This document shows positions 37,336 to 46,306 of a DNA stretch of 64,000 nt, one piece after another. The stretch covers positions 74,303 to 138,302 of the forward strand of contig CASEIZ010000024.1 of the NCBI GenBank assembly GCA_949288185.1. The letters are read 5' to 3'. The position numbers were made by a program, and so were the translations under genes. This stretch comes from an uncultured Eubacteriales bacterium. GTDB lineage: Bacteria; Bacillota; Clostridia; TANB77; CAG-508. The notes beneath the pieces are model-generated. The model was not told the DNA's origin, made no database searches, and worked only from the letters and a program-made list of their open reading frames with translations. The first letter of the stretch is position 1, and each line of letters begins with the position of its first letter.

Positions 37336-37791
37336 ATGAAAATATTATATACAGCATTTAACGGAAAGGATAATTCATCAAAAATATTATTAGATAAAAT
37401 AATGGCAGAAAATACAAATAAGTTATATTTAAGAAATAGTTTTGATACAAGTGTTAAACAATTGATAAGTAAATTAAAAAAGTACGAAACAATAATTTCG
37501 TTTGGACAAGCTCCATTAGATAAAGATTTAATAAAGATTGAACTTATTGGCAAAAAAGAAAAGGATTTATATAAAACAGATTTTAATTATTCAAAAATAA
37601 AAGAAGATATAGAAAAAACAGGAATTAAAGTAGAAATTTCTGAAGATGCTGGTAATTTTCTATGTAACAATTTATATTATAATGGACTTAAATATATAAG
37701 AGAAAACAATATAAATTGTAAAATGATATTTATACATATTCCAAAAATAGAAGATATAAGCAATATAGAATTGTTAGCAAAAATATTTTAG
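37336..37791 (+). CDS. short pyroglutamyl-peptidase-like (C15) protein
   Basis: EDAGNFLCNNLYY (Cys block) and IFIHIP (His block). At 151 aa it is shorter than typical family members. Confidence 0.6.
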   Translation: MKILYTAFNGKDNSSKILLDKIMAENTNKLYLRNSFDTSVKQLISKLKKYETIISFGQAPLDKDLIKIELIGKKEKDLYKTDFNYSKIKEDIEKTGIKVEISEDAGNFLCNNLYYNGLKYIRENNINCKMIFIHIPKIEDISNIELLAKIF

Positions 37792-37803
37792 AAGGAGAAA
37801 ATA

Positions 37804-38412
37804 ATGAAATTAACAAGCAAAGAAACAAAAGATATAGTAGAAAGTTATAGAGGAAAAACACTAACAGATAAATGGATAGACCATTGTATTTGTGTTGGAG
37901 ATACAGCAGGAAAAATTGCTAAAGCATTAGAAGAAAAAGGATATAATATAGATGTAGATAAAACAATAGCAATTGGATATGTTCATGATATTGGAAAATA
38001 TAACGGAGAAATTTATGGTCATGTTATGAGAGGATATAATTATCTAAAAGAAAAAGGTTATGATGAAGATTATTGCAATATTTGCCTAACACATTCATAT
38101 TTAAATAATGATATTATTTGTACTGCTGGAGGAATTCCAGATATAAATGAGAATCCATTTTTAACTAACTTTATAAAAAATCATGAGTATACAATAGAAG
38201 AAAAGATAATAAATTTGTGTGATTTAATGTGTCCACCAGGAGGAAAGGTATATACAATAGATAAAAGATTAATAGACCTAATTTATAGAAAAGGAGCATA
38301 TACAAACACACAATATCATGTAAAAGAAACATATAAATTGAAAGATTATTTTGATAATTTATTAAGATATAATTTATATGATTTATTTCCAGAAATAAAG
38401 GATAATCTATAA
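37804..38412 (+). CDS. HD-domain phosphohydrolase
   Basis: IDHCICVG ... GYVHDIGK (H...HD). Confidence 0.75.
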   Translation: MKLTSKETKDIVESYRGKTLTDKWIDHCICVGDTAGKIAKALEEKGYNIDVDKTIAIGYVHDIGKYNGEIYGHVMRGYNYLKEKGYDEDYCNICLTHSYLNNDIICTAGGIPDINENPFLTNFIKNHEYTIEEKIINLCDLMCPPGGKVYTIDKRLIDLIYRKGAYTNTQYHVKETYKLKDYFDNLLRYNLYDLFPEIKDNL

Positions 38413-38527
38413 AATATAATATTACAAAAATATTACAATTCTATTAACTTTGTCATATTTCTTGTAAAAAAATAGGATTTAGTATAGAATTTCAATAATA
38501 ATAGTGTAATATGAAAGGATAAAAGGT

Positions 38528-39676
38528 ATGGGAAGATATGCTTATCGTGGACAAGAAGTCTTATATAGAAATGGTAAATTAGTTGGTTTTAATGCTGGAT
38601 ATGGAGCTCATACTGAACATGAATCACATTATTTAGGATATGAACAAAGAAAGCGAAAAAAATTGATTGATAAAAATAAAAATCATCCATTTAATGGAGA
38701 AATTGTTGAAAATCCTAATGCAGTACAAATGATGGAATTTAATGATGGAAATGTCTGGATAACTAATGATTCTTTGTTTAATTACCAATTAATGCAAAAA
38801 ACAGAAAAAGAAAGAAATGAGATTAAGGAAAAATACTTGCATAATGAAGATAGAAAAAAAACAGAAAAAGTAATGCTTGAATTTGGAGGTAGAGAACTTG
38901 ATGCTCCTGAAGTAGTTGCTTTATGGAATGCAGGTTGTCATGGTGATGGAAACTTTGATTTAATATCAACTACTGAACAAAGTAGTGAGATGTTAAGAAA
39001 ATTATATGAGGAAATGCAAAAAGGAAATGTTGCCATTTCAAGCGATTATAGTTTTATGTTCAAAGACAGAGGTTTATCATTTGTATTGTTAGACCAATTA
39101 ACACAACAAGATTTGATGATGAAAGAATATGTTGATTATAGACAGGAATTAGGTAAAAAATTCCAAAAAGAATACAGAGAGTTTGTTGATGGTGAAGGAT
39201 TAGGAGAATTTGAAGTGAAATATCCAGTAGGATTTTGGAATCTTCAAATTTCTGGATTAAATCAAACCGATAAAGGATTGGTTCCAGAATTTTATTTGGA
39301 ACTATATCATACAAATCATGGAGATTGGGATAATGATAGTTGTCTATTCAATGTACCACGTTATATGTCAGGTGATGAAATTAAGTTTTTAGTACCAATT
39401 GCAAAATCAGAAGAATTTATAACTTTTGCAGATAATCATTCAAAAGAAGAAATAGAAGAATATATAAACACTCAATTAGAGAATTATCATGAACAGCAAA
39501 GATTAGCTCAAGAACAAGAGTATCAAATTGGAGAAGATTCTTTAGATAGTATTGCAGGAGAACAAAGGTCGGAAAATATAGAAAGAAAATCATCTTCATT
39601 AAGAGAAAAAATAAAAAAATGGTTAAATCCAGATAGAGAAAACGATAAAAATAAACCTGATGGAAGAGAGGAATAA
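38528..39676 (+). CDS. hypothetical protein (382 aa)
   Basis: AAAGGA RBS. Long ORF. No motif recognised. Preceded by a 115-nt gap that ends the tight array. Confidence 0.65.
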   Translation: MGRYAYRGQEVLYRNGKLVGFNAGYGAHTEHESHYLGYEQRKRKKLIDKNKNHPFNGEIVENPNAVQMMEFNDGNVWITNDSLFNYQLMQKTEKERNEIKEKYLHNEDRKKTEKVMLEFGGRELDAPEVVALWNAGCHGDGNFDLISTTEQSSEMLRKLYEEMQKGNVAISSDYSFMFKDRGLSFVLLDQLTQQDLMMKEYVDYRQELGKKFQKEYREFVDGEGLGEFEVKYPVGFWNLQISGLNQTDKGLVPEFYLELYHTNHGDWDNDSCLFNVPRYMSGDEIKFLVPIAKSEEFITFADNHSKEEIEEYINTQLENYHEQQRLAQEQEYQIGEDSLDSIAGEQRSENIERKSSSLREKIKKWLNPDRENDKNKPDGREE

Positions 39677-39677
39677 A

Positions 39678-40130
39678 ATGGAAAATGTAGAATATATGAA
39701 TTCCCTATATCAAATAAGTGAAATATTAAAATATATTACGCCACCATTAAAAGCTAGAATACCTAAAAAAATTATCAGCTATATTGAAAGTAATAAATCA
39801 AAAGATTATAATTGGAAAATAGATAAAACATTACCATTAGAAAAGCAAGAATTATTACCTACTACTAAAGAACTTATAACAGTATTATATAAAGATTATA
39901 TGTGTGATGATATATCAAGATTAAAATTAAATAAAGTATTAAATGAAAATCAGATAAAATATGAAAATGAAGTAAGAGAAAAATATAATCCTGATAATAT
40001 TTTTAAAGAGAGAAATAAATCTTATGAAACAAATAAAAGAACAATAGAAAATAATGAAATAGTAAGCTATAAAGAATCATTCTTAAGTAAAATAATAAAT
40101 AAACTAAAATCATTTTTTCATAAACAGTAA
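39678..40130 (+). CDS. hypothetical protein
   Basis: ATG 2 nt after the previous stop. 150 aa. Confidence 0.6.
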   Translation: MENVEYMNSLYQISEILKYITPPLKARIPKKIISYIESNKSKDYNWKIDKTLPLEKQELLPTTKELITVLYKDYMCDDISRLKLNKVLNENQIKYENEVREKYNPDNIFKERNKSYETNKRTIENNEIVSYKESFLSKIINKLKSFFHKQ

Positions 40131-40267
40131 AAATAATCCTATTAATAAAGTTAAAAATAGCTGTTATTAATAGGATTTAAAATTAGATTAGTATAAGCAA
40201 TTAATTTGATATTTTACATAAAACATGTTAAAATATTATATAGTAAAAATTGCAGGAGGATAAATTT

Positions 40268-40693
40268 ATGTCTAATAATTTAGAAAAATTGATTAGTGAA
40301 AAACGGAAGCAAGGAAAGCTTCAGCAACAACAGATTGCTAACAAAGTAGGAGTAACAAATGTAACTTTATGCCAAGCTCAATCAGGTCAGAAAAAGTTAA
40401 GTAGAGAAAAATTAATTCGTTTAGCTACTGTACTTGATGTAGACTATAATGAATTACTTAAAATGATGAACTATGATATGAGAGATGAGTATATAATGGC
40501 TTTTGATAAATTGGTTACTGCCAACAAAAATGATTGTGAATTATTCATGTTGTTTGCATAGGTTGTCGGAGATTCTAAAAACATTGAGATACTAAAGAAA
40601 GTAATATCATTGCTTGTAAAGGCAGATGACAAAGAAAAAGAAACACTTTCCAATATGCTTGAACTTTTAAAAGACGGAATATATGGAATTTGA
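40268..40693 (+). pseudogene. XRE-family HTH regulator interrupted by an in-frame TAG at 40559-40561
   Basis: QQQIANKVGVTNVTLCQAQSGQKKLSREKLIRLATVLDV HTH. After TAG the same frame stays open for 43 more codons (VVGDSKNIEILKKVISLLVKADDKEKETLSNMLELLKDGIYGI*). A G-U-containing terminator hairpin follows at about 40713-40750. Confidence 0.55.
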
Positions 40694-40812
40694 TATTGGA
40701 AGTGTGTTAATTGAGGGCAGGGATTAAAAACAAAATCTCTGCTCTTTTCATATATTTGATTTTTTAATAAAAATTGATATAATAAAGAAAATAAAATTAA
40801 GAGGTAATAATA

Positions 40813-41352
40813 ATGGAATCTTTATATGGATTAACATACATACCAGTAGATATGGATAATTTAGAAATAGCATTTAAAATACAAAAAGAAATATGGACAT
40901 CTGATCCAGATTATAACGATTTACTAGATAAAGCTAAAAATAGAGCTGATAATAATTGTTCTTTTTTAATTTATTATGACAATACTTTAATTGGAATAAC
41001 TGGAGTTGACTTTTACAAAGAATATAACGATACGATATGGCTTGACTGGTTTGCAATTTTGCCAGAATTTCGTAGAAAAGGTTATGGTAAGAAAGTATTA
41101 TTAGATACAATTAGATATTGTAAAAATTTAAAAAAATATGATTATTTTAGACTAGATACCACATATTATGAAAATAGACCAGCATTATATTTGTATGATG
41201 ATGTAATGGATTTAAGAGAAGATTATACAGTTGAAGATACAGATACAGTAAAAAACAATTTTATTATATATACATATGGCTTAAATAAAAAAGCTGAATA
41301 CTGGAATAATAAATATTTAGGATTAAGAGAATATTATGATAATTGTAAATAA
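40813..41352 (+). CDS. GNAT family N-acetyltransferase
   Basis: Motif A FRRKGYGKKVL. Confidence 0.8.
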   Translation: MESLYGLTYIPVDMDNLEIAFKIQKEIWTSDPDYNDLLDKAKNRADNNCSFLIYYDNTLIGITGVDFYKEYNDTIWLDWFAILPEFRRKGYGKKVLLDTIRYCKNLKKYDYFRLDTTYYENRPALYLYDDVMDLREDYTVEDTDTVKNNFIIYTYGLNKKAEYWNNKYLGLREYYDNCK

Positions 41353-41375
41353 TAGAAATGGGAGAAATATAAATT

Positions 41376-42080
41376 ATGGAAGATAAGAAAGTAGTAGTAG
41401 GAATAGTTGCAAAACATATAAATAATAATCAATCTAAAATTAATTCTTTAATTCGTGATGAAGTAAAACAAGCAATATTTGATAATGGAGGAATTGTAAT
41501 TGGAATATTATCACCAAATGATGAAATATTATATGCAGGAAACGATTGGAAAGAATATGAAGATAAAATAAGAAAAGAAGAAATAATAGATGAGTTAAAT
41601 TTGTTTGATGGTGTTATTTTGCAAGGTGGGATAACTTGCGAAGCATATGAAAGTTGGATTGCAAAATATTGCTATGATAATAACATTCCTATACTTGGGA
41701 TTTGTGCTGGACAAAATGCAATAGCAAGAAGTCTTGGAGGAACAACTTTTAAAATCAGTAATCCAGAAAAACATGATAAAAGTTTTGATGAATATGTGCA
41801 TAGTATAAAGATTGATAAAGAATCAAAATTTTATTCAATTATTCAAAAAGAAGAAATAATGGTAAATTCAAGACATAAAAATTCAATTAAAGATTGTCCT
41901 GGATTAAATAAAGTAGCATTTTGTGAAGATGGATATGCAGATGTTATTGAAGATCCCAACAAAAATTTCTATATTGGTGTAAGATTTCATCCAGAAAGCT
42001 TGTATAAGAAAGATGAAAATATGAATAATATTTTTAAAGCTTTTCTTGAAGAATGTAAAAAACAAAGTAGGGGTAATTAA
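41376..42080 (+). CDS. class I glutamine amidotransferase-like / gamma-glutamyl hydrolase (peptidase C26) family protein
   Basis: LGICAGQN nucleophile elbow and VRFHPE His-Glu block. Confidence 0.8.
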   Translation: MEDKKVVVGIVAKHINNNQSKINSLIRDEVKQAIFDNGGIVIGILSPNDEILYAGNDWKEYEDKIRKEEIIDELNLFDGVILQGGITCEAYESWIAKYCYDNNIPILGICAGQNAIARSLGGTTFKISNPEKHDKSFDEYVHSIKIDKESKFYSIIQKEEIMVNSRHKNSIKDCPGLNKVAFCEDGYADVIEDPNKNFYIGVRFHPESLYKKDENMNNIFKAFLEECKKQSRGN

Positions 42081-42143
42081 AAAATTTTTTCTCAACTATG
42101 AACTAATATAAAAATGTATTAAACTTATGATGAGGTGAAGAAT

Positions 42144-42479
42144 ATGGATAAATCATATGTAAATACATTAAAAAATATATTAGGAGAAAAAAAGTTTAAA
42201 GAGCTATCAGACTTACTTTTTAAAGATGTAGATAAAATGTTTAGAGAAATAAAAATTGACATAGCAATAAAAATGGTAGAAGTAAATATGTCACTTATTT
42301 CAATAATTGGCGTGGAACTAGCAAGGGGATGCAAAGAAGAAGAATTATCAAAAAGAATTAATTGGTATAACATTGCAGGAAAATCTATGTTTATAGAAGA
42401 AAATATTAATGAATTTTATAAAAGATATAAAGAATATATCGAAATAGTTAAATTAAAAGTTATAGAAGAAAATAAATAA
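42144..42479 (+). CDS. hypothetical protein, paralog family member 1
   Basis: ATG after GAGGTG. NTLKNILGEKKFKELSDLL ... FYKRYKEYIEIV shared with 42601. Confidence 0.6.
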   Translation: MDKSYVNTLKNILGEKKFKELSDLLFKDVDKMFREIKIDIAIKMVEVNMSLISIIGVELARGCKEEELSKRINWYNIAGKSMFIEENINEFYKRYKEYIEIVKLKVIEENK

Positions 42480-42600
42480 AAAATTAATGCACTTTTCTAG
42501 CAATAGATTAGTGTGTTTTTTTATGGGTACATTTTTTATTTTTTTCTCAAATAGGTATTTTAAGCTCTTGGAAATATAATCACCTTCAGGAGGTGGAAAA

Positions 42601-42948
42601 ATGTATGTAAATTCTAGGACTACTAATAAAATTCTAAAAGAAATATTAGGAAAAGAATTATTTAAAGAATTGCTAGATTATCATGTAGAAATTGCAGACA
42701 GATATTTAGGTACAAATCATTCAGCAATTTTAGGAATATGCTATTCCTATTTTAATAATATGGTTATTTTATATATTTCTGCATTTTTATCAAAAGGTAA
42801 GACTTTAAAAGAAATTGAAACATCATTTAAAGAAAATTATAAAAATAGAATTATGCAAAACTCTATTGAAGATTTTTATTTTGATTATAAAAAATATATT
42901 GAGCAAGTTGTAAATAATTTAAAAAAGAGAAATGGGGAAGGTACATGA
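42601..42948 (+). CDS. hypothetical protein, paralog family member 2
   Basis: AGGAGGTGG RBS. NKILKEILGKELFKELLDY ... FYFDYKKYIEQV. Confidence 0.65.
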   Translation: MYVNSRTTNKILKEILGKELFKELLDYHVEIADRYLGTNHSAILGICYSYFNNMVILYISAFLSKGKTLKEIETSFKENYKNRIMQNSIEDFYFDYKKYIEQVVNNLKKRNGEGT

Positions 42949-43271
42949 ATTTTAAAAAAATGCAAGGCATCATTCAAATTATATTAAGTGAATATGATTA
43001 TCAAAAATTATTAACATTGATAGTTCAAGAATATGCAAAAACCGAAGTAATGATTAGTGAATTAGAAACAATCTTATTTTCATATTTTAATTTAATTTTT
43101 ATAAAAGGAATTTCAGATAAGAAAATAGAAGCAAAAGAATTAAAGATTTTAACAGAAAAAAGAACTATTAAAGTTAATTTAGAAAAGTTTGATGTAAGGT
43201 ATAGTGAATTTATTTTAAAAATAAAAAATTTAAAAGAGGAAGTTTTTGAAGAAATCAGAAAAAATATATAA
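42945..43271 (+). CDS. hypothetical protein, distant member 3 of the same family
   Basis: ATGA overlap with the previous gene. Similar size and helical pattern (IQIILSEYDYQKLLTLI). Confidence 0.55.
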   Translation: MNFKKMQGIIQIILSEYDYQKLLTLIVQEYAKTEVMISELETILFSYFNLIFIKGISDKKIEAKELKILTEKRTIKVNLEKFDVRYSEFILKIKNLKEEVFEEIRKNI

Positions 43272-43321
43272 CCATATGAATATTCTATATGTCATATATA
43301 GAATATTTTTAAGACAATTTC

Positions 43322-43356
43322 AAAATTCCACATAACTACACTTATGTTGAATTTTT
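43322..43356. promoter_or_regulatory. dif-like recombination site (near-perfect palindrome, 6-bp centre)
   Basis: AAAATTCCACATAA CTACAC TTATGTTGAATTTT. Core ATTCCACATAA-CTACAC-TTATGTTGAAT compared with E. coli dif GGTGCGCATAA-TGTATA-TTATGTTAAAT. Confidence 0.5.
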
Positions 43357-43383
43357 GAAATAAAAACTAAAAATATCTATAAT

Positions 43384-43433
43384 AAAATTCTACATAAATG
43401 AAAGAAAATTAGATAAAAAAATTCTACATAAAT
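43384..43433 (+). repeat. two perfect 17-nt direct repeats carrying the same half-site
   Basis: AAAATTCTACATAAATG at 43384-43400 and 43417-43433 (33-nt period). The second overlaps the recombinase RBS. Confidence 0.8.
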
Positions 43434-43445
43434 GGAGGAATAAAA

Positions 43446-44330
43446 TTGGAAGATGATATATTAGAAAAATTTGAAATTTATTTAGATGAAAAATATACAA
43501 GTGACGAAGAACGAAATACACAAAAAGCATATTTAAGTGATATAAGATTATTTTTAAAATATTTTGAAGATGAGTTTGGAGAAAAAATAGTATCCTTTTC
43601 AAGAGGACATATATTAGAATACAAAAATTATATGCTAAATAAAATGAATTATAAATTTTCGACTATTAATAGAAAATTGGCATCAATTTCTGTATATGAA
43701 GATTTTTTAATAGAAAATAATATAAAAGAATCAAAAGATATAAAAAAGAGAGATTCCTATAAAATTGATTTGGCATATATTTCTGCTGATATGCTTCCAA
43801 GAAAAACTATTAAAAAACTAAGATTAGAAGCTAGTAAATGGAATAAAAGAGATTATGCAATAATTGTTTTAATTGATGAAGCTGGATTAAGAGTTTCAGA
43901 AGCAATAAGAATTCAATTAGAGCGAGATGTTAATTTAGACATGAGAAGAATTACTATTTTTGGAAAAGGAAGAAAAGTAAGAGAGGCATTTATAAATAAT
44001 GAAATTTATGAGGCTTTAGATGATTATATAAAAGAAAGAAATGAAATTTTGAAAGAATTAAACACAACTAACAAATACTTATTTATTAGTAATAAATCTA
44101 AAAAGACTGGAAATCATATTCATAGAAGTACAGTAAATAAGATGCTAAATAAATATATTGAGCAATTAAATGAAAAGAAATTACATCCACATACTTTAAG
44201 GCATGACTTTGCGACAACAAGATATGAAGAAGGGTATAGTGATATGAGATTAAAGAAATCATTAGGTCAAACATCTAATGCAGTAAACAGATATGTCCAT
44301 CCAGGAGGAGAAGAAAATAGAAACAATTGA
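43446..44330 (+). CDS. Xer-like tyrosine recombinase/integrase
   Basis: AGLRVSE (Arg I), GKGRK (Lys), HPHTLRHDF (HxxR), NRYVH (Tyr). 294 aa. TTG start after GGAGGA. Confidence 0.85.
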   Translation: MEDDILEKFEIYLDEKYTSDEERNTQKAYLSDIRLFLKYFEDEFGEKIVSFSRGHILEYKNYMLNKMNYKFSTINRKLASISVYEDFLIENNIKESKDIKKRDSYKIDLAYISADMLPRKTIKKLRLEASKWNKRDYAIIVLIDEAGLRVSEAIRIQLERDVNLDMRRITIFGKGRKVREAFINNEIYEALDDYIKERNEILKELNTTNKYLFISNKSKKTGNHIHRSTVNKMLNKYIEQLNEKKLHPHTLRHDFATTRYEEGYSDMRLKKSLGQTSNAVNRYVHPGGEENRNN

Positions 44331-44454
44331 TAATAGAAATAGCATAAATGTAGGAATTTAGGCAAGAAGATTTGGAATACTTGAATTTTATACTGAATTA
44401 TGGTAAACTATCATTAGTGAGCAAATAGCTCAAAATTTAAATTTCAGGAGGAAA

Positions 44455-45060
44455 ATGGACATGATTAAAGTGGATGTAAACGAAATAACAGTAACAGTTA
44501 AAGGACGGGAAGTAACTTTATCTGAAAAAGAGCTGGTTAGTATTTTGGAACAACATTTCAAAATACTAAATGTAGTAAAAGGTGTTGAAGTAAATCCTAT
44601 TACTATTGATGAATCAATATTTGAAATAGGGGAAAAAGAGCATTATTATTCTCATGAGGAATATATAATGCAACTGATTCAAAAAGCATTTATAGAGATG
44701 AAGAAAGACCTACGAAGGTATGCAAGACCATTTGAAATTGTGACTCCAGCAGAATTAGAACCAGTATATACTGAAGAAAAGATAGTGGCACTGGCAGAAC
44801 AATATGGAGATCACCTTGCAGATTGGGTTGAACAAGCACTAGAGTGGGCACAAAAAATTGCTAATGGTGAAGATATCTTCAATAAATCAGATGATTCAAA
44901 ATGGTTTAGAGCGATTTCATGGCAGGACGGTCATGTGTGTCTTGTTGGTGGTTCGGAGGAATTTAATAATCATGATTGTGCTTCAGCTATTCATGAATTT
45001 CATGTTAATTCTTTTTATCAGCTACATAATGCAGTTCCAGCTATCGTGCGTTACAAGTAA
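44455..45060 (+). CDS. hypothetical protein
   Basis: AGGAGGA RBS. 201 aa. Noticeably more G+C than neighbours. Confidence 0.6.
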   Translation: MDMIKVDVNEITVTVKGREVTLSEKELVSILEQHFKILNVVKGVEVNPITIDESIFEIGEKEHYYSHEEYIMQLIQKAFIEMKKDLRRYARPFEIVTPAELEPVYTEEKIVALAEQYGDHLADWVEQALEWAQKIANGEDIFNKSDDSKWFRAISWQDGHVCLVGGSEEFNNHDCASAIHEFHVNSFYQLHNAVPAIVRYK

Positions 45061-45229
45061 AAATCCACTATTCAACATAATAATTGTTGAATAAAATCAA
45101 ATATAGAGGATGAAACTTTAATAAGAAGCATCCTCTATATATTTAAATGAAAATAAAATTAATATTTGATTTATGTTAGATAAAGTGCTATAATATGCTT
45201 ACTATAAACATTTTAGGAGGTTTTTGCAT

Positions 45230-45571
45230 ATGAACATTACAAGGGACGAGGTTTTTTATGATCGGCAATTAGAATTGGCAAACAAACTTGCGGATGTATT
45301 GGGTGACAAAATCAAAGAAATAAAAACAACTGAATATTTATACCCATGGGAAGGACCATTTGATAAAAAGTTGTCATATTCTGAAGTACGTCAAGCAAAC
45401 AGAAAGAAGCGTATTAATGTCACAATTGTATTTGACAGATACATTTCAAAAGAGGCAATACCAGAGCTTAATAAAATCATGAAATGTAATTATCGGATTT
45501 ACAAAAATGAACTTTGGTATTCAATGAAACCAGCAAAACTTGACTGGTATATGCGAACCGAAAAAGCGTAA
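45230..45571 (+). CDS. hypothetical protein
   Basis: ATG 10 nt after GGAGG. 113 aa. Strong terminator AAGAGGAGAA...TTCTCCTCTT follows. Confidence 0.6.
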   Translation: MNITRDEVFYDRQLELANKLADVLGDKIKEIKTTEYLYPWEGPFDKKLSYSEVRQANRKKRINVTIVFDRYISKEAIPELNKIMKCNYRIYKNELWYSMKPAKLDWYMRTEKA

Positions 45572-45736
45572 TTCGTAAGAGGAGAATATAGCTGAATTAT
45601 GAAAGCTATTTTTCTCCTCTTAACTCATTTTTAGAAAATAGCTATAAACGTTAAATATAAAAATAAAAATAGAACCATCCTTCTTTTTACAGAAAGATGA
45701 TTCCACTTTTTAAACTCAATCAATAACGACGTCACC

Positions 45737-46306
45737 TTAAAAATTCGCTGTTCCTATAACTTTAAACTTGTAATTCGCTTTATCCGTTATAATATTTCCT
45801 TCTATATCATCCATTTCAAAAGAAATAGGGATGATTTTAGTTACACTAAAACCTTTCCTACTTTTAAATTTTCCAGAAATGAGATATCTATATTCAGAAA
45901 GATTCTCTCTTCTTATAAGATGTCTATATTCAGAAATTTTAGAAATCTCATTTTTTCTTTTAAGTTCCTGCAAATGCTTGTGAAAAGAAGGAAAATCAGA
46001 AAATGATTGAATAAACATATTTCCTCTATATTCTGAAGCATAACCAAAATAGAAAGGAAGATCATATTCTTGATTTTTCAAATCCAAATGATTATCTTCT
46101 GCTTCAACAGTAAGAGAATAACCATCAAGAGTTGTAAAAGTATTTTCTTGTAGCAATCCTTCAATAAGCATTAATTCTGAATGAATAAAATTGAATAATA
46201 TTTTTATAGGACATCCAGTTTTTGAAATAGATTGAGCTTCATCAAGAGTTATTTCCACTCCTGAATCTTGGCTAAAAAACCGTGCTTTGTAAATTTTCTC
46301 CTGCAT
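45737..46306 (-). CDS. hypothetical protein
   Basis: 189-aa minus-strand ORF. No motif. Confidence 0.55.
   Translation of the reverse strand: MQEKIYKARFFSQDSGVEITLDEAQSISKTGCPIKILFNFIHSELMLIEGLLQENTFTTLDGYSLTVEAEDNHLDLKNQEYDLPFYFGYASEYRGNMFIQSFSDFPSFHKHLQELKRKNEISKISEYRHLIRRENLSEYRYLISGKFKSRKGFSVTKIIPISFEMDDIEGNIITDKANYKFKVIGTANF

Noticed and set aside
40559-40561. Genome-wide TAG (or TGA) reassignment
   Set aside because: TAG and TGA both terminate many well-delimited genes here (for example 5840, 24648, 36720 and 62904 for TAG; 26766 and 44330 for TGA), so the standard code applies. The in-frame TAG is a local event.
20853-44330. Integron-style cassette array with the tyrosine recombinase as IntI
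   Set aside because: Spacers between genes are 0-40 nt with no attC-like imperfect palindromes, and many genes overlap. The recombinase is Xer-like in size and reads in the same direction at the far end.
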